Below, one piece after another: positions 40,125 through 49,516 of a stretch of 64,000 bases of DNA. The notes beneath the pieces are model-generated. The model was not told the DNA's origin. It did not search any database and saw nothing but the letters and a program-made list of their open reading frames with translations. Positions within the stretch are counted from its first letter, which is position 1. Every line of letters starts with the position of its first letter. Source of the stretch: Pseudomonadota bacterium (GTDB lineage: Bacteria > Pseudomonadota > Gammaproteobacteria > Burkholderiales > Nitrosomonadaceae); NCBI GenBank assembly GCA_018241205.1, contig JAFEEI010000008.1, positions 2,924-66,923 of the forward strand, given 5' to 3'. The position numbers and the translations under genes are program-made.

Positions 40125-43100
40125 TTATCTCTGTTGCGTATCGGCGGTTTGTTGCCAAAGTGCGTCGTTAAAGGTTTCCAGTACTTGCTGGAGCTCGCCG
40201 TTGAAAAGTTTATCAAGCCGGTTGAAACCGCCACCTTCGCGTTTGAATACGAGATCGGGATCGTCTATCGCTTCGCGATCGACCAGCAAATTGGCTTTGG
40301 TTTGCGCCGCGATGCGTTTGAGCCAATCCCGTTGCGGCGTTGTCCAGCTACGGCTGGCAAGCAGGTTTTGCAGCGCATGATCGACGCGCTCATCGTACGG
40401 AATTAGCGCATCACCGATGGCGGCTTGGCGAATGTAACCCACGATGCGCGCAGCAATATCTTGATTGGTGATTTCGCGCCAGGCAGTTGCCAACCCCGCT
40501 TCGGTGAAGCCTGCCTTGTCGAGCTCTAATTCCAGTTCACGCAATTGCTTGCGGGTGAGATCGCGCGGACGGGTACGAACCGTTAGCAGCGCCGGGATGT
40601 CGTTACTGTGGCTTTGAATGAAGGCTGTGAATTCTTTCAAGTAATCATCCGGTTTTTTTCCTTGACCATACCCTCGCTCCACTGCTTGCAGCTTATCTTC
40701 ATGTTCAGAAATAAACAGGGTTGCCGCCGTTCCTTCACGCTTGCGGTCAAGAATTTCACCCAGATCCGGGTTTTGGGTAAACCAGGCAGTCACTTCATTT
40801 AACGACATCGCCTTAATCTTACGGATGAATGCTTCCGGCGACATACCTGCTTGGGTTTCAAAGTCTCGCACGGATTGCTCGGATAAATGACGTTTTTTAC
40901 TTTGTAACTTGGCCAGGATTTGATCGCGCACCAATTGACGCGACTCATCATTATTGATCGTGACTAATTCTTGGATCAGTTGAGTAAAGCTAATCTTGGG
41001 ATTGACCACGACCGGCTGCATGGCTGTCATGTTATTCAAAGCCGCAAAAATCTGGACGGCATCAAACACGCGGAAAGCGTCTTTGCCGATCTCATCGCAT
41101 AAGCGCGTGGCGCGGCCAAGCATCTGATCAAACAAGATGCGACTGTTGACCCGGCGTAGAAATACCAGATTGCAAATTTCAGGCACGTCGATACCGGTCG
41201 TCAATAAATCGACCGTTACCGCAACATTGGGGTTGCGTTCATTTTTGAAGCGGCGGATTAATTGCAAGGGCTTATCCGCAGCGCCGGTGATTTTGATGAC
41301 CGCATCGTCGTCCACGCTGCCATAGCACCCGGCAAAGGCTTTTTTGAGCAAATCGACCACCATGTCGGCATGTGCATCCGTTGCGCAGAAGATTAGCGTT
41401 TTCTGGCGGGAGAGCGGATCCAATTCTTGTGCCAGATACTCGCATACCACACGATTGAATGATTCGGTGATGACCTTGCGATTGAAATCTTCGATTTCCA
41501 GTTTGATTTCATCGGGTGTCTTGAAAAGCTCGATCTGGTTATAGCCGTTGAAAACCTTGATATCTTCGCCGGCTTCCCATTTGATGCCCTGAGTGGACAG
41601 CTCGGTTTTGATTTGTATCGGTGGCTCGTAATCCACCAAATAGCCGTCAATGACGGCTTCCCGATAACTATAGGTGTAAATCGGCGCACCGAAAATCTGC
41701 GTGGTGTGCAAAGCAGGCGTTGCTGTCAGTCCGATTTTGTAAGCATCGAAGTAGTCCAGCACACGGCGGTATTTGGAAATATAGTCTTCAAAGCCTCGAA
41801 ACGTCATTTCGGTATCGGAGAGTTCCCGATCCAATAGGTAACCACGGTGGCATTCGTCGACCACAATGCAGTCGTACTGATCGACACTGGGCGGCACTAC
41901 GTTTTCCGAAGCAAACAGCAGCCGCTTCACCATACCTTGGACTGTGGCAATATGCACCGAAGTATCGGTATCGGGCGCTTGTTCTCCTAATTCCTTGATA
42001 CCGAAAGTGTCCTTAAAAGTTTGCAAGTTTTCCATGCGGGTGTCTTTGAACGCGTTTGCCGCTTGCTCACCCAAAGCGGAGCGATCCACGAGAAACAAGA
42101 TGCGGCGAAAGCGTTTTACTTTGAGTAAGCGATAGATTAACGCGATACAGGTTTTGGTCTTGCCGGTTCCGGTTGCCATGGCCAGCAGCATTGCCCGCTG
42201 CCCTGTAGCAATCCCTTTTTCTACCGCGAGAATCGCTGCTTGCTGATAATGCCGGAGCTGAAAACCGTAATTGAACGGTGTTTGCGCCAGTTGCGCGTGC
42301 GCTTTAGCTTCATCGCGTTTGATAAGCGTACTCAAACCTTCCGGCGTATACCAGCCATCCAGTGGATGACCCAGGTTATCTGCACGGCGCAGATCGCAAA
42401 ACCAGATACCGCTTTTAGTGGCAAGCTGGCGCAGGAACGGCCGACCGTTCGATGAGAAGGCAAACGGAATGCGATAGTTGCCATTGCTACCCCAATTCTC
42501 AAGCGGCAGTTCGGTTTCACTGCTGGGTGTAAAAGAACGGCTATACCGTTTGGCTTGTTGCAATGCACCCGATACGTCGATATTTTTACGCTTGGCTTCA
42601 ACCACCGCCACTGGCGTAAGACCAATGAACAGGATGTAATCGGCTGGACCGCTTTCCGTAGGCCACTCTGCAATCGCACGATTACGGCTCTTTTCAGGCC
42701 GGGCGCCTTTTTTAAAAGTCAAAGCATCCGAATCGACTTCCCAACCGGCTTGCTGTAATTGTTGATCGATGAGCTTGCGAGTGTCCGCTTCGTCCAGTTG
42801 TACGGCTTCGGCAGCCGAATTGGCAGCAGCGGTAATCTTCGCAAGCGTTTCTTTCGGTTGTACCGATGCGGTTTGCTGTTGCGCAAGGATATTTTTTTCT
42901 AGCTTAAGCTTGGCTTGCTCGGTTTCGGCGGCCATCTGCTCCCAGAATGCTTGTTCATTCTTGGCTTCACGCAGATTGGATTCGGTGATGCTCAATTTCT
43001 CCGTGACGACGGCATGCGATGCTTGGTAGTCATTGACCAGTTTTTTGAGACGATCCAATTCAGCGCGCAATTCTTCGCTCTCATTTTGCGGCGGAGAAGG

Positions 43101-43505
43101 CGGTATGAACGGGCCGGATTTGAATCCGGCATCCTTGAATGTGCGATGAAACCAAAGGCCGATTTGCCAGGCAAGCTTGAGCGAGGACAACGCACTGCGA
43201 TGATCGCCTGATAGCGAATGGCTGGCCGCATTGCCGCTGCGACGCACTTCATTGAACATTTGGCACACTTCGCGCGGCAATACAGCGTTATCCTGCAAGC
43301 GCCGCAACAGATCGTATTGCGTCTCTTCCGTGGAAATGAACAATCCCGTCCGAGCAGCCAGCAATTGCGCCAGCGATTCCGTTAGTTGGCGCAGCTTTAA
43401 AAGACAGGTGTTTGGATCATCCGCAAAATACTTCTCAGCCAGCATCCCCAGACGAAGCAGTTGTTCGTCGTGTTGGCTTAATACCGAAAAGTTTGACGTC
43501 GCCAT
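40125..43505 (-). CDS. hsdR: Type I R-M restriction subunit (EcoKI-like, N-terminal DUF4145)
   Basis: ADY...VEAK nuclease motif, MATGTGKT, DECHR, LTATP, LLTTGIDVP and QMLGRATR. Confidence 0.96.
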   Translation of the reverse strand: MATSNFSVLSQHDEQLLRLGMLAEKYFADDPNTCLLKLRQLTESLAQLLAARTGLFISTEETQYDLLRRLQDNAVLPREVCQMFNEVRRSGNAASHSLSGDHRSALSSLKLAWQIGLWFHRTFKDAGFKSGPFIPPSPPQNESEELRAELDRLKKLVNDYQASHAVVTEKLSITESNLREAKNEQAFWEQMAAETEQAKLKLEKNILAQQQTASVQPKETLAKITAAANSAAEAVQLDEADTRKLIDQQLQQAGWEVDSDALTFKKGARPEKSRNRAIAEWPTESGPADYILFIGLTPVAVVEAKRKNIDVSGALQQAKRYSRSFTPSSETELPLENWGSNGNYRIPFAFSSNGRPFLRQLATKSGIWFCDLRRADNLGHPLDGWYTPEGLSTLIKRDEAKAHAQLAQTPFNYGFQLRHYQQAAILAVEKGIATGQRAMLLAMATGTGKTKTCIALIYRLLKVKRFRRILFLVDRSALGEQAANAFKDTRMENLQTFKDTFGIKELGEQAPDTDTSVHIATVQGMVKRLLFASENVVPPSVDQYDCIVVDECHRGYLLDRELSDTEMTFRGFEDYISKYRRVLDYFDAYKIGLTATPALHTTQIFGAPIYTYSYREAVIDGYLVDYEPPIQIKTELSTQGIKWEAGEDIKVFNGYNQIELFKTPDEIKLEIEDFNRKVITESFNRVVCEYLAQELDPLSRQKTLIFCATDAHADMVVDLLKKAFAGCYGSVDDDAVIKITGAADKPLQLIRRFKNERNPNVAVTVDLLTTGIDVPEICNLVFLRRVNSRILFDQMLGRATRLCDEIGKDAFRVFDAVQIFAALNNMTAMQPVVVNPKISFTQLIQELVTINNDESRQLVRDQILAKLQSKKRHLSEQSVRDFETQAGMSPEAFIRKIKAMSLNEVTAWFTQNPDLGEILDRKREGTAATLFISEHEDKLQAVERGYGQGKKPDDYLKEFTAFIQSHSNDIPALLTVRTRPRDLTRKQLRELELELDKAGFTEAGLATAWREITNQDIAARIVGYIRQAAIGDALIPYDERVDHALQNLLASRSWTTPQRDWLKRIAAQTKANLLVDREAIDDPDLVFKREGGGFNRLDKLFNGELQQVLETFNDALWQQTADTQQR

Positions 43506-43664
43506 TACTATTGATTTTCCGGATACTTGGCAAATTGTGCATTCTATTACATTTTTTGTACCTGTTCTTCATCCATCAATTGGCTACTGCAGGTAGCTCC
43601 AGGCTTATTTCATAGGAATTGGTGCCGTTATTGCTGACATGTTTTAACCACAGTGCCTTCCTTA

Positions 43665-44501
43665 ATGAACCAAGAAAAAGCCTTGACTCCACAAAACCTG
43701 CAAGATGAAGTGCTCCGTAAGATTGGCAGAAATTTGCTGATATTTCAGCAAATCGAGGGTTTGCTGAAAATGATTCTGGGGAATTCGCAAGTGCAAGGCT
43801 ACGCCCGAGAATTAGCGTTTAAACAGGAGCAACGAATTAACGGAATGCAGAAAGACATGTTAGGGCAACTCATGCAGCGGTATTTTGACGAAATATTATC
43901 TACACCCGATGATGAACTGCAAGGGCCACACGATTTGGCCGAGCCGTGGTTATCTTGCTCAATTAAAATTACCGGTGATGTCGCGTTTGCTGAAAGCCAA
44001 ATCCAAGCCTTTGAAATTGTGCGCGAGGAACGCAATCAACTGGTTCATCATTTCTTGCCTTATTGGCACCCCGATTCTCCTGAAAATTTGATCCTGGCCA
44101 GTGACAATCTTGATAAGCAAAGAGAAAAGATTTTGCCTGTCTGGGAACATTTGAGATCTGTGGCAGAGACTATGCGTCAAGCTAGGCAAACACTTGCCGG
44201 TTATATGGCTTCAAATGAATTTGGTCAGCAACTCGAATTGTTGTGGCTTCAGCAAAGCTCGTTGATACAGTTGTTTTGCGACATTGCAATGCAGACTGGC
44301 AGTTCTGATGGGTGGACTTGCCTTGCGCAGGCAGGGAAACTGGTGCATATGCAGCTGACCGATGATGTCGTTCGCATGAAAGCAACCTATGGTCATCATT
44401 CCTTCAAAAAGCTATTGATTGCATCCAACCTGTTTGAAATATGGGATAAAGCATTGCCGCATGGAGGATCCCGGACCTTCTATCGAATCCGTAAGCCTTG
44501 A
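43665..44501 (+). CDS. Hypothetical protein with a HEPN-like RxxxxH motif and C-terminal OST-HTH/LOTUS domain
   Basis: ERNQLVHH motif; GWTCLAQAG...TYGHHSFKKLL..SNLFEI LOTUS pattern. Confidence 0.65.
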   Translation: MNQEKALTPQNLQDEVLRKIGRNLLIFQQIEGLLKMILGNSQVQGYARELAFKQEQRINGMQKDMLGQLMQRYFDEILSTPDDELQGPHDLAEPWLSCSIKITGDVAFAESQIQAFEIVREERNQLVHHFLPYWHPDSPENLILASDNLDKQREKILPVWEHLRSVAETMRQARQTLAGYMASNEFGQQLELLWLQQSSLIQLFCDIAMQTGSSDGWTCLAQAGKLVHMQLTDDVVRMKATYGHHSFKKLLIASNLFEIWDKALPHGGSRTFYRIRKP

Positions 44502-44532
44502 TCACAATTGACATCCATTGATGGAGAAAATA

Positions 44533-45393
44533 ATGGCTAGAAGAAATGGCATTGCTGAAGACTTATTCAAAATAACTGCAACATTGCCTTGGTGGGTGGG
44601 AATCGCTCTTGCTGTTGCGGTTTACGTTCTTTTACAACCTTATGCTGTTCTTGAGACGCCAATCCAAGCAGCTCCTGGACAAATCAGCCGCGTGGTTGCC
44701 GGGCAAATGGGTAGAACGTTTGCGTATTATGGGCAATATATTTTGCCGCTGCTATTTTTATCCGGTGCGCTGGCATCTTTTTTCAAACAACGCAAACGTA
44801 AGAATCTTGTTCGGACTCTCGGTAGCGGAAGGACGGATAATCCGTTGCACGATATCAATTGGAAAGATTTTGAATTGCTTGTGGGCGAAGTTTTCCGGAT
44901 GCGAGGCTTTACGGTTGTGGAGAATGACAGTGGCGGGGCTGATGGTGGAATTGACTTGGTGCTTAAAAAGGATGGCGAAGTATTTCTTGTTCAGTGCAAA
45001 CAGTGGCACGCTTATAAAGTATCGGTCAATATTGTGCGTGAACTACTGGGTGTGATGGTTACAAAAGGGGCAGCGGGAGGATTTGTTGTCACTTCGGGTA
45101 TTTTTACAGCGGAAGCACAATCTTTTGCCAAAGGACAGAATATCGAACTGATTGATGGATCAAGGTTGACGGCTATGATTGAAAAGGCGCACGGCGTGAC
45201 TTCAAGCAAGGTAGATCGCGCGATAAAGAATGTTCCGGAATCGATACCTTCTACAGTTACTGCGGAACCGATTTGTCCTCAGTGCGGTAATGCTATGGTT
45301 AAGCGTGTTGCAAGAAAGGGAGCGAATTCTGGCAAAAACTTCTGGAGCTGTATTGAATTTCCAAGATGCCGAGGTGTTAGGACCATTGGTTAA
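44533..45393 (+). CDS. Membrane-anchored Mrr-family endonuclease with topoisomerase-type C4 zinc finger
   Basis: Two N-terminal TM helices; FELLV, ADGGIDL, VQCK and LIDG motifs; CPQCG...FWSCIEFPRC. Confidence 0.88.
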   Translation: MARRNGIAEDLFKITATLPWWVGIALAVAVYVLLQPYAVLETPIQAAPGQISRVVAGQMGRTFAYYGQYILPLLFLSGALASFFKQRKRKNLVRTLGSGRTDNPLHDINWKDFELLVGEVFRMRGFTVVENDSGGADGGIDLVLKKDGEVFLVQCKQWHAYKVSVNIVRELLGVMVTKGAAGGFVVTSGIFTAEAQSFAKGQNIELIDGSRLTAMIEKAHGVTSSKVDRAIKNVPESIPSTVTAEPICPQCGNAMVKRVARKGANSGKNFWSCIEFPRCRGVRTIG

Positions 45394-45421
45394 ACTTACG
45401 ATAAGTTATATTATCGTAAGT
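45394..45421. repeat. Symmetric putative tyrosine-recombinase core site B
   Basis: Perfect 11-6-11 palindrome ACTTACGATAA-GTTATA-TTATCGTAAGT immediately after the Mrr stop codon. Confidence 0.7.
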
Positions 45422-45542
45422 AAAACCAGACCGGTTACTCGCAACATACGCCATTCAACAACCGCTAGATTATCAAATCTAAAGCCAAACACAGAATTTC
45501 CGTACTTCTATCGTAAATCATTTCAATCCATTAGTATGAATT

Positions 45543-46226
45543 GTGAAGAAACCTGCCTGGAAGCTGATCGACTGGACTGATCTCAAAAATTACGAGCACC
45601 TTGATATAGAAAAAAACCCGTCAGACGAAGTTTTTGCCTGGGAGTTTTTGCGCCGCAATCCGCAGTATCAGAATGATTTCGCCGAATATGAACGCACTCA
45701 AAAATTTCCTGGCTATACTCGATATATCCTAACCGGTGAGGGTAAATATATTTCACGCTATGAAGATATGCTGGATTGGTACGGATTGAGCCGGGAATTT
45801 GTCAACATTGATCCAAAGATTGCAACCCCACCCGTTTTCGTTAAAGGCGTTTATCCACGATTCCTCCAAAAAGACGATCTTCTTGAATTAGCTGCCATAA
45901 CCGATATGGACGAAGATTTTCTTGAAACAAAGCAAGATGAAATCGTAGTTGTGTTATCAACCAGTCAAAGTCTGGGTGACCAATTTGATCGGATCAAAGA
46001 TCAGTTGCAACTAACACAAGATAAAAACAGCGCATTCCGGAGAAGAAGAGAAAAATATTTAACCTATTTGCGTCTGCTGGATGCTGATCTCCTGGATGCT
46101 CCAGAAGATGAGATTCTAAAAGTTTTGTATCCCAACGAGGAAAAATCCAGGACTATCCTATTCAAGAATTTAACAGCGGCTAAAAAAATGCGGGATTACA
46201 ACTACAGAAAATTACTGGCGTTCTGA
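45543..46226 (+). CDS. DUF6499-DUF2285 (FseA-like) transcriptional activator
   Basis: FAWEFLRRNPQYQ (DUF6499 signature); YLRLLDA and terminal YRKLL (DUF2285-like). Confidence 0.65.
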   Translation: MKKPAWKLIDWTDLKNYEHLDIEKNPSDEVFAWEFLRRNPQYQNDFAEYERTQKFPGYTRYILTGEGKYISRYEDMLDWYGLSREFVNIDPKIATPPVFVKGVYPRFLQKDDLLELAAITDMDEDFLETKQDEIVVVLSTSQSLGDQFDRIKDQLQLTQDKNSAFRRRREKYLTYLRLLDADLLDAPEDEILKVLYPNEEKSRTILFKNLTAAKKMRDYNYRKLLAF

Positions 46227-47941
46227 GTTTTTTCTGGCTCCGCGGCTGATTTATTAGGTAACTGTGGCACCCTGATCTTTTTCAACAAATCGAAGGCTTT
46301 CTGCTGAGAAGGGTTGGGTGTGCAGTCAACGATGAATATCGAGGCATTGGCATTTTCATCGGTCTTGCGGCAAGTATTGCGTGTAATGGTCGCCAAGTGT
46401 TGCAATAATGACCATAAGTTGTGAGCAGTCAGATCAGACTGCGGTATCCTAAACTGTTTTTTGGACCCGGTCCGTTGATTGTTTTCAGCTGGGATGGATT
46501 CCTGGTTCTGGTTATTTGATTGCGAATCGTGATCAATATACATGATTAACGGATCCCAGCTCTTTTTCATATGCCACTCAACATAAGTTGCCAGCAGTCG
46601 CATAAAAAGATACTTGTTGGTTTCGGTCTTGTCGTAGGTAAATATCGGATGCGCTGCGGGGTTGATGCTCTCAATGTAACTAAAATACCTCTTCGCAAAT
46701 CCGTTTAAGTTTTTTCTATACAGATTCCTGAGTTCCAACGGCGAGAGATCCTTGATCAGCGATGTTCTGACCGCAAAAACACCATCCCAAGACTCTCTGA
46801 AATTCAGTTCCTTATGATCAACCGTGTACTCAAACTTGCGATCAGCAATCTTGGGATCAATATACTTCTTCAATACATTTCCCCGCAAAATCCGGCCAAC
46901 GCGTTGTTTGATGGTATCGGCCTTCTTCAATTTACCCTGGCTGATCCGCTCTTTAATTTCCTCCAATGATTGTATAGTGGAATTCAGCAAAGCATCACGC
47001 TCTACTTTGCGCAGGCTTTTTCGATCCGGATTGCGCCAAACTATGATTTTTTCTCCTGGATAATCAGCATGAAGAATTTCAACCAGATCACTAGAATCGA
47101 ACATGGAATCAGGGTTCAGGCTAGTTTCCTCTAGCAAATCGCGCAAGTTTTCAGTTTTCATACCTGCGATCCAGTTCATCTCTTTCGGGTCTGAAAGGTT
47201 ATCAATCTTTTTTTGCGGTATTTTTATGCGATCACCCACTAAAATGACCGATTGCAAATCCGGGGTTTCCATTAAATGGCTAAGATGATCTTTGAACATC
47301 TTAATATCGATCAATTTTTTACCTGGATACGCAGAAACTGAGACGGGACATCCTTGATCATCGGTGATCAGTCTGAAATTGAATTCCAAATCATCATTCA
47401 AATAGCAGCTTGAAAGACAAGTAATGATCCGGCTGCTTTTTACCAGATGACGTTGCACCAACTGCTTTTCTGCGCTGTCTTTGCGTTGATATAACCAATC
47501 CATCGCAGAATGAAGCTCAGGTTCTTCCACGTGATCGAGTTTAAGCAGTTGTCCAAGCGTTGTATCGGCATAATCACGTATCAAAGCGTGTCTCGGTTCC
47601 AACTCTAGCACATCGCAAACAATCATGGCCTTCACGAGCCGAAGGTTGCGATCATTGTCGGATTTTGCCTCCAGTAATTTATCGATCTGAAGCTTCTCCA
47701 GAGCCAATAATACCGCCTGCACATGACCATGCGCCGCTGAGTGCAGGATCTCCAAACCAACATCATTTTGTTTTACCAATTTCTCACCCTTCAAAATTCT
47801 CTGAATGGCACGCGCCTGATCTTCGGTAATTTCATTCAGATTGGCAATCGTTTCTTTAACCACTTTCCCATCTTTACGGGAAGAACGGCGCAAAAGAATA
47901 GCGGGTTTAGAGCCTCGATTGGGGACTATATCTATATACAT
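46202..47941 (-). CDS. IS1634-family transposase homolog, full-length but catalytically degenerate
   Basis: MYIDIVPNR..PAILLR, HGHV, AMDWL, GCPV, YPGE, YVEWHM and LATITRN are conserved; first Asp and Glu of DDE appear absent. Confidence 0.85.
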   Translation of the reverse strand: MYIDIVPNRGSKPAILLRRSSRKDGKVVKETIANLNEITEDQARAIQRILKGEKLVKQNDVGLEILHSAAHGHVQAVLLALEKLQIDKLLEAKSDNDRNLRLVKAMIVCDVLELEPRHALIRDYADTTLGQLLKLDHVEEPELHSAMDWLYQRKDSAEKQLVQRHLVKSSRIITCLSSCYLNDDLEFNFRLITDDQGCPVSVSAYPGKKLIDIKMFKDHLSHLMETPDLQSVILVGDRIKIPQKKIDNLSDPKEMNWIAGMKTENLRDLLEETSLNPDSMFDSSDLVEILHADYPGEKIIVWRNPDRKSLRKVERDALLNSTIQSLEEIKERISQGKLKKADTIKQRVGRILRGNVLKKYIDPKIADRKFEYTVDHKELNFRESWDGVFAVRTSLIKDLSPLELRNLYRKNLNGFAKRYFSYIESINPAAHPIFTYDKTETNKYLFMRLLATYVEWHMKKSWDPLIMYIDHDSQSNNQNQESIPAENNQRTGSKKQFRIPQSDLTAHNLWSLLQHLATITRNTCRKTDENANASIFIVDCTPNPSQQKAFDLLKKIRVPQLPNKSAAEPEKTQNASNFL

Positions 47942-48210
47942 GGTTATTTATATGTCTACAAAATGATATTAATTAGTGAATATTATCACAGCATACATGG
48001 GTACGTTTTAAACATACTCACTGCCTATATCTAAATCCACCAATGATATACATTTATTATCAATAAGATAAAAAACCATCAATTAATATATCCGGTAAAA
48101 CAAATGAATCAAAGTTTCTGAAAATAAGAGCCGCAGCTTATTGGCGGCATATTTAACGCTAAATGACTGATCTAATGTCGACTTCTTTAACCACAAAGGA
48201 GTAAGCGTGT

Positions 48211-48444
48211 ATGAGCAACAACCCGGATCAGCAAACAAACAACAAACCACAGCTTGTTTCCCTAAGAACAACGATGAAGCTGGTGAGTGCCTCTCGCAGC
48301 AGTATCTACAGATGGATCCATGCGAATTCCTTCCCGGTTCCGGTCCGCATCGGTGAACGTGCTATCGCTTTCAAGCTAAGCGAGCTGGAAAAGTGGGTTG
48401 AATCTCGCCCCAGAGTGCAACTAAACAACAAGGAGGACAAATAA
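48211..48444 (+). CDS. AlpA family regulator / excisionase
   Basis: SRSSIYRWI...FPVPVRIGERAIAF..SELEKW motif; AAGGAG SD. Confidence 0.88.
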   Translation: MSNNPDQQTNNKPQLVSLRTTMKLVSASRSSIYRWIHANSFPVPVRIGERAIAFKLSELEKWVESRPRVQLNNKEDK

Positions 48445-48445
48445 G

Positions 48446-49300
48446 ATGGCCTTTCCTTTCACGCCAAACAAACAAAGCAAAAACCGCCATTTCTACGATA
48501 TTAGAACTGATCTGCCGAACTTTGAAACCTTAGAAGATGCAAAAAAAGAATCACAAATCAGGCAGAAAGCGCTAATCAAAGGAGGATATCGCGATCTGGC
48601 CGTGAAACTAGCTGACTGCGCCACAGATTACCGTTGCGAAAGCCCCTCCTGCCCCCAGTGCGTAAGAATTCACCGCCGGGGTTTCTACCACGCAGCGACC
48701 GCGCTTTCTAAACAGCACGATATGGCTAACCAACGCACAGTTACGCTGATTTACTACTCAGAAGCGATGACAGATGAGGAATTAGATAGCTTCGACCCCA
48801 ACCGGCTAACAGAAAGGGTACGCAAACAGTTAACCCGTTGCGGCTTCCAGAACCCAGTTATCGGCGGCCTTGAGCTTGATTACCACGAGGATATCGGCCT
48901 GTGGATTCCCCATTTCCATTTACTCGTAACGAACGACATTGAACCCCTGGAAACATTAAGGGGAAAGTATCTTAGAAAGGAAAAACGCCCGACTTCTAAA
49001 GGTACACATACCACCCCCACGAGTAGACCCATGATGGTACAGAAGTTGAAACGTCCGCCTAAGCAACTCAGCTATCTATGCAAACAGAGATGGCAATCTA
49101 TTTGTGCATATATAGATTCATTTAAACGTAAACGTAGAACCGATAAACATCGACTAGAAACGTATAAGTTCATCCTTTCACTCATTGTATTGGATAGTTA
49201 TACCTTTAGTGATCTGATGATTTTATACAAAGTTAGAGTTGTTAATAACGAGTTCAAAGTATCCCCTTCTGTCTGTGAGTTAAAAGGTAAAAACCCCTAA
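48446..49300 (+). CDS. Putative HUH-superfamily rolling-circle Rep
   Basis: Cys cluster C..(5)..C....C..C, motif I TVTL, GGLEL, motif II PHFHLLV and motif III SYLCK. Confidence 0.65.
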   Translation: MAFPFTPNKQSKNRHFYDIRTDLPNFETLEDAKKESQIRQKALIKGGYRDLAVKLADCATDYRCESPSCPQCVRIHRRGFYHAATALSKQHDMANQRTVTLIYYSEAMTDEELDSFDPNRLTERVRKQLTRCGFQNPVIGGLELDYHEDIGLWIPHFHLLVTNDIEPLETLRGKYLRKEKRPTSKGTHTTPTSRPMMVQKLKRPPKQLSYLCKQRWQSICAYIDSFKRKRRTDKHRLETYKFILSLIVLDSYTFSDLMILYKVRVVNNEFKVSPSVCELKGKNP

Positions 49301-49516
49301 AGGTTACTGATAACCCTTGGTTTGAGCTAACGGGAGGGTGAGTTACGGAGGGATGATTGACAACACTACTCAGCCGAAAACACATTAATTTCAATGTGTA
49401 ATTGAATCTGCACGCATTCAATAAATAACTGATCTGCTGATCTGGTGTTTTACAGATCGGCGGATCACCGGATCAGATACATATTTAACCCTATTCTTTT
49501 TAAAGGAATTCACGCG

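Noticed and set aside
45394-45421. Chromosomal dif site
   Set aside because: It has the same 11-6-11 geometry and partial similarity to the XerD arm (TTATGTTAAAT), but the arms are perfectly symmetric and related copies occur elsewhere in the island. A single-recombinase site fits better, though XerCD use is not excluded.
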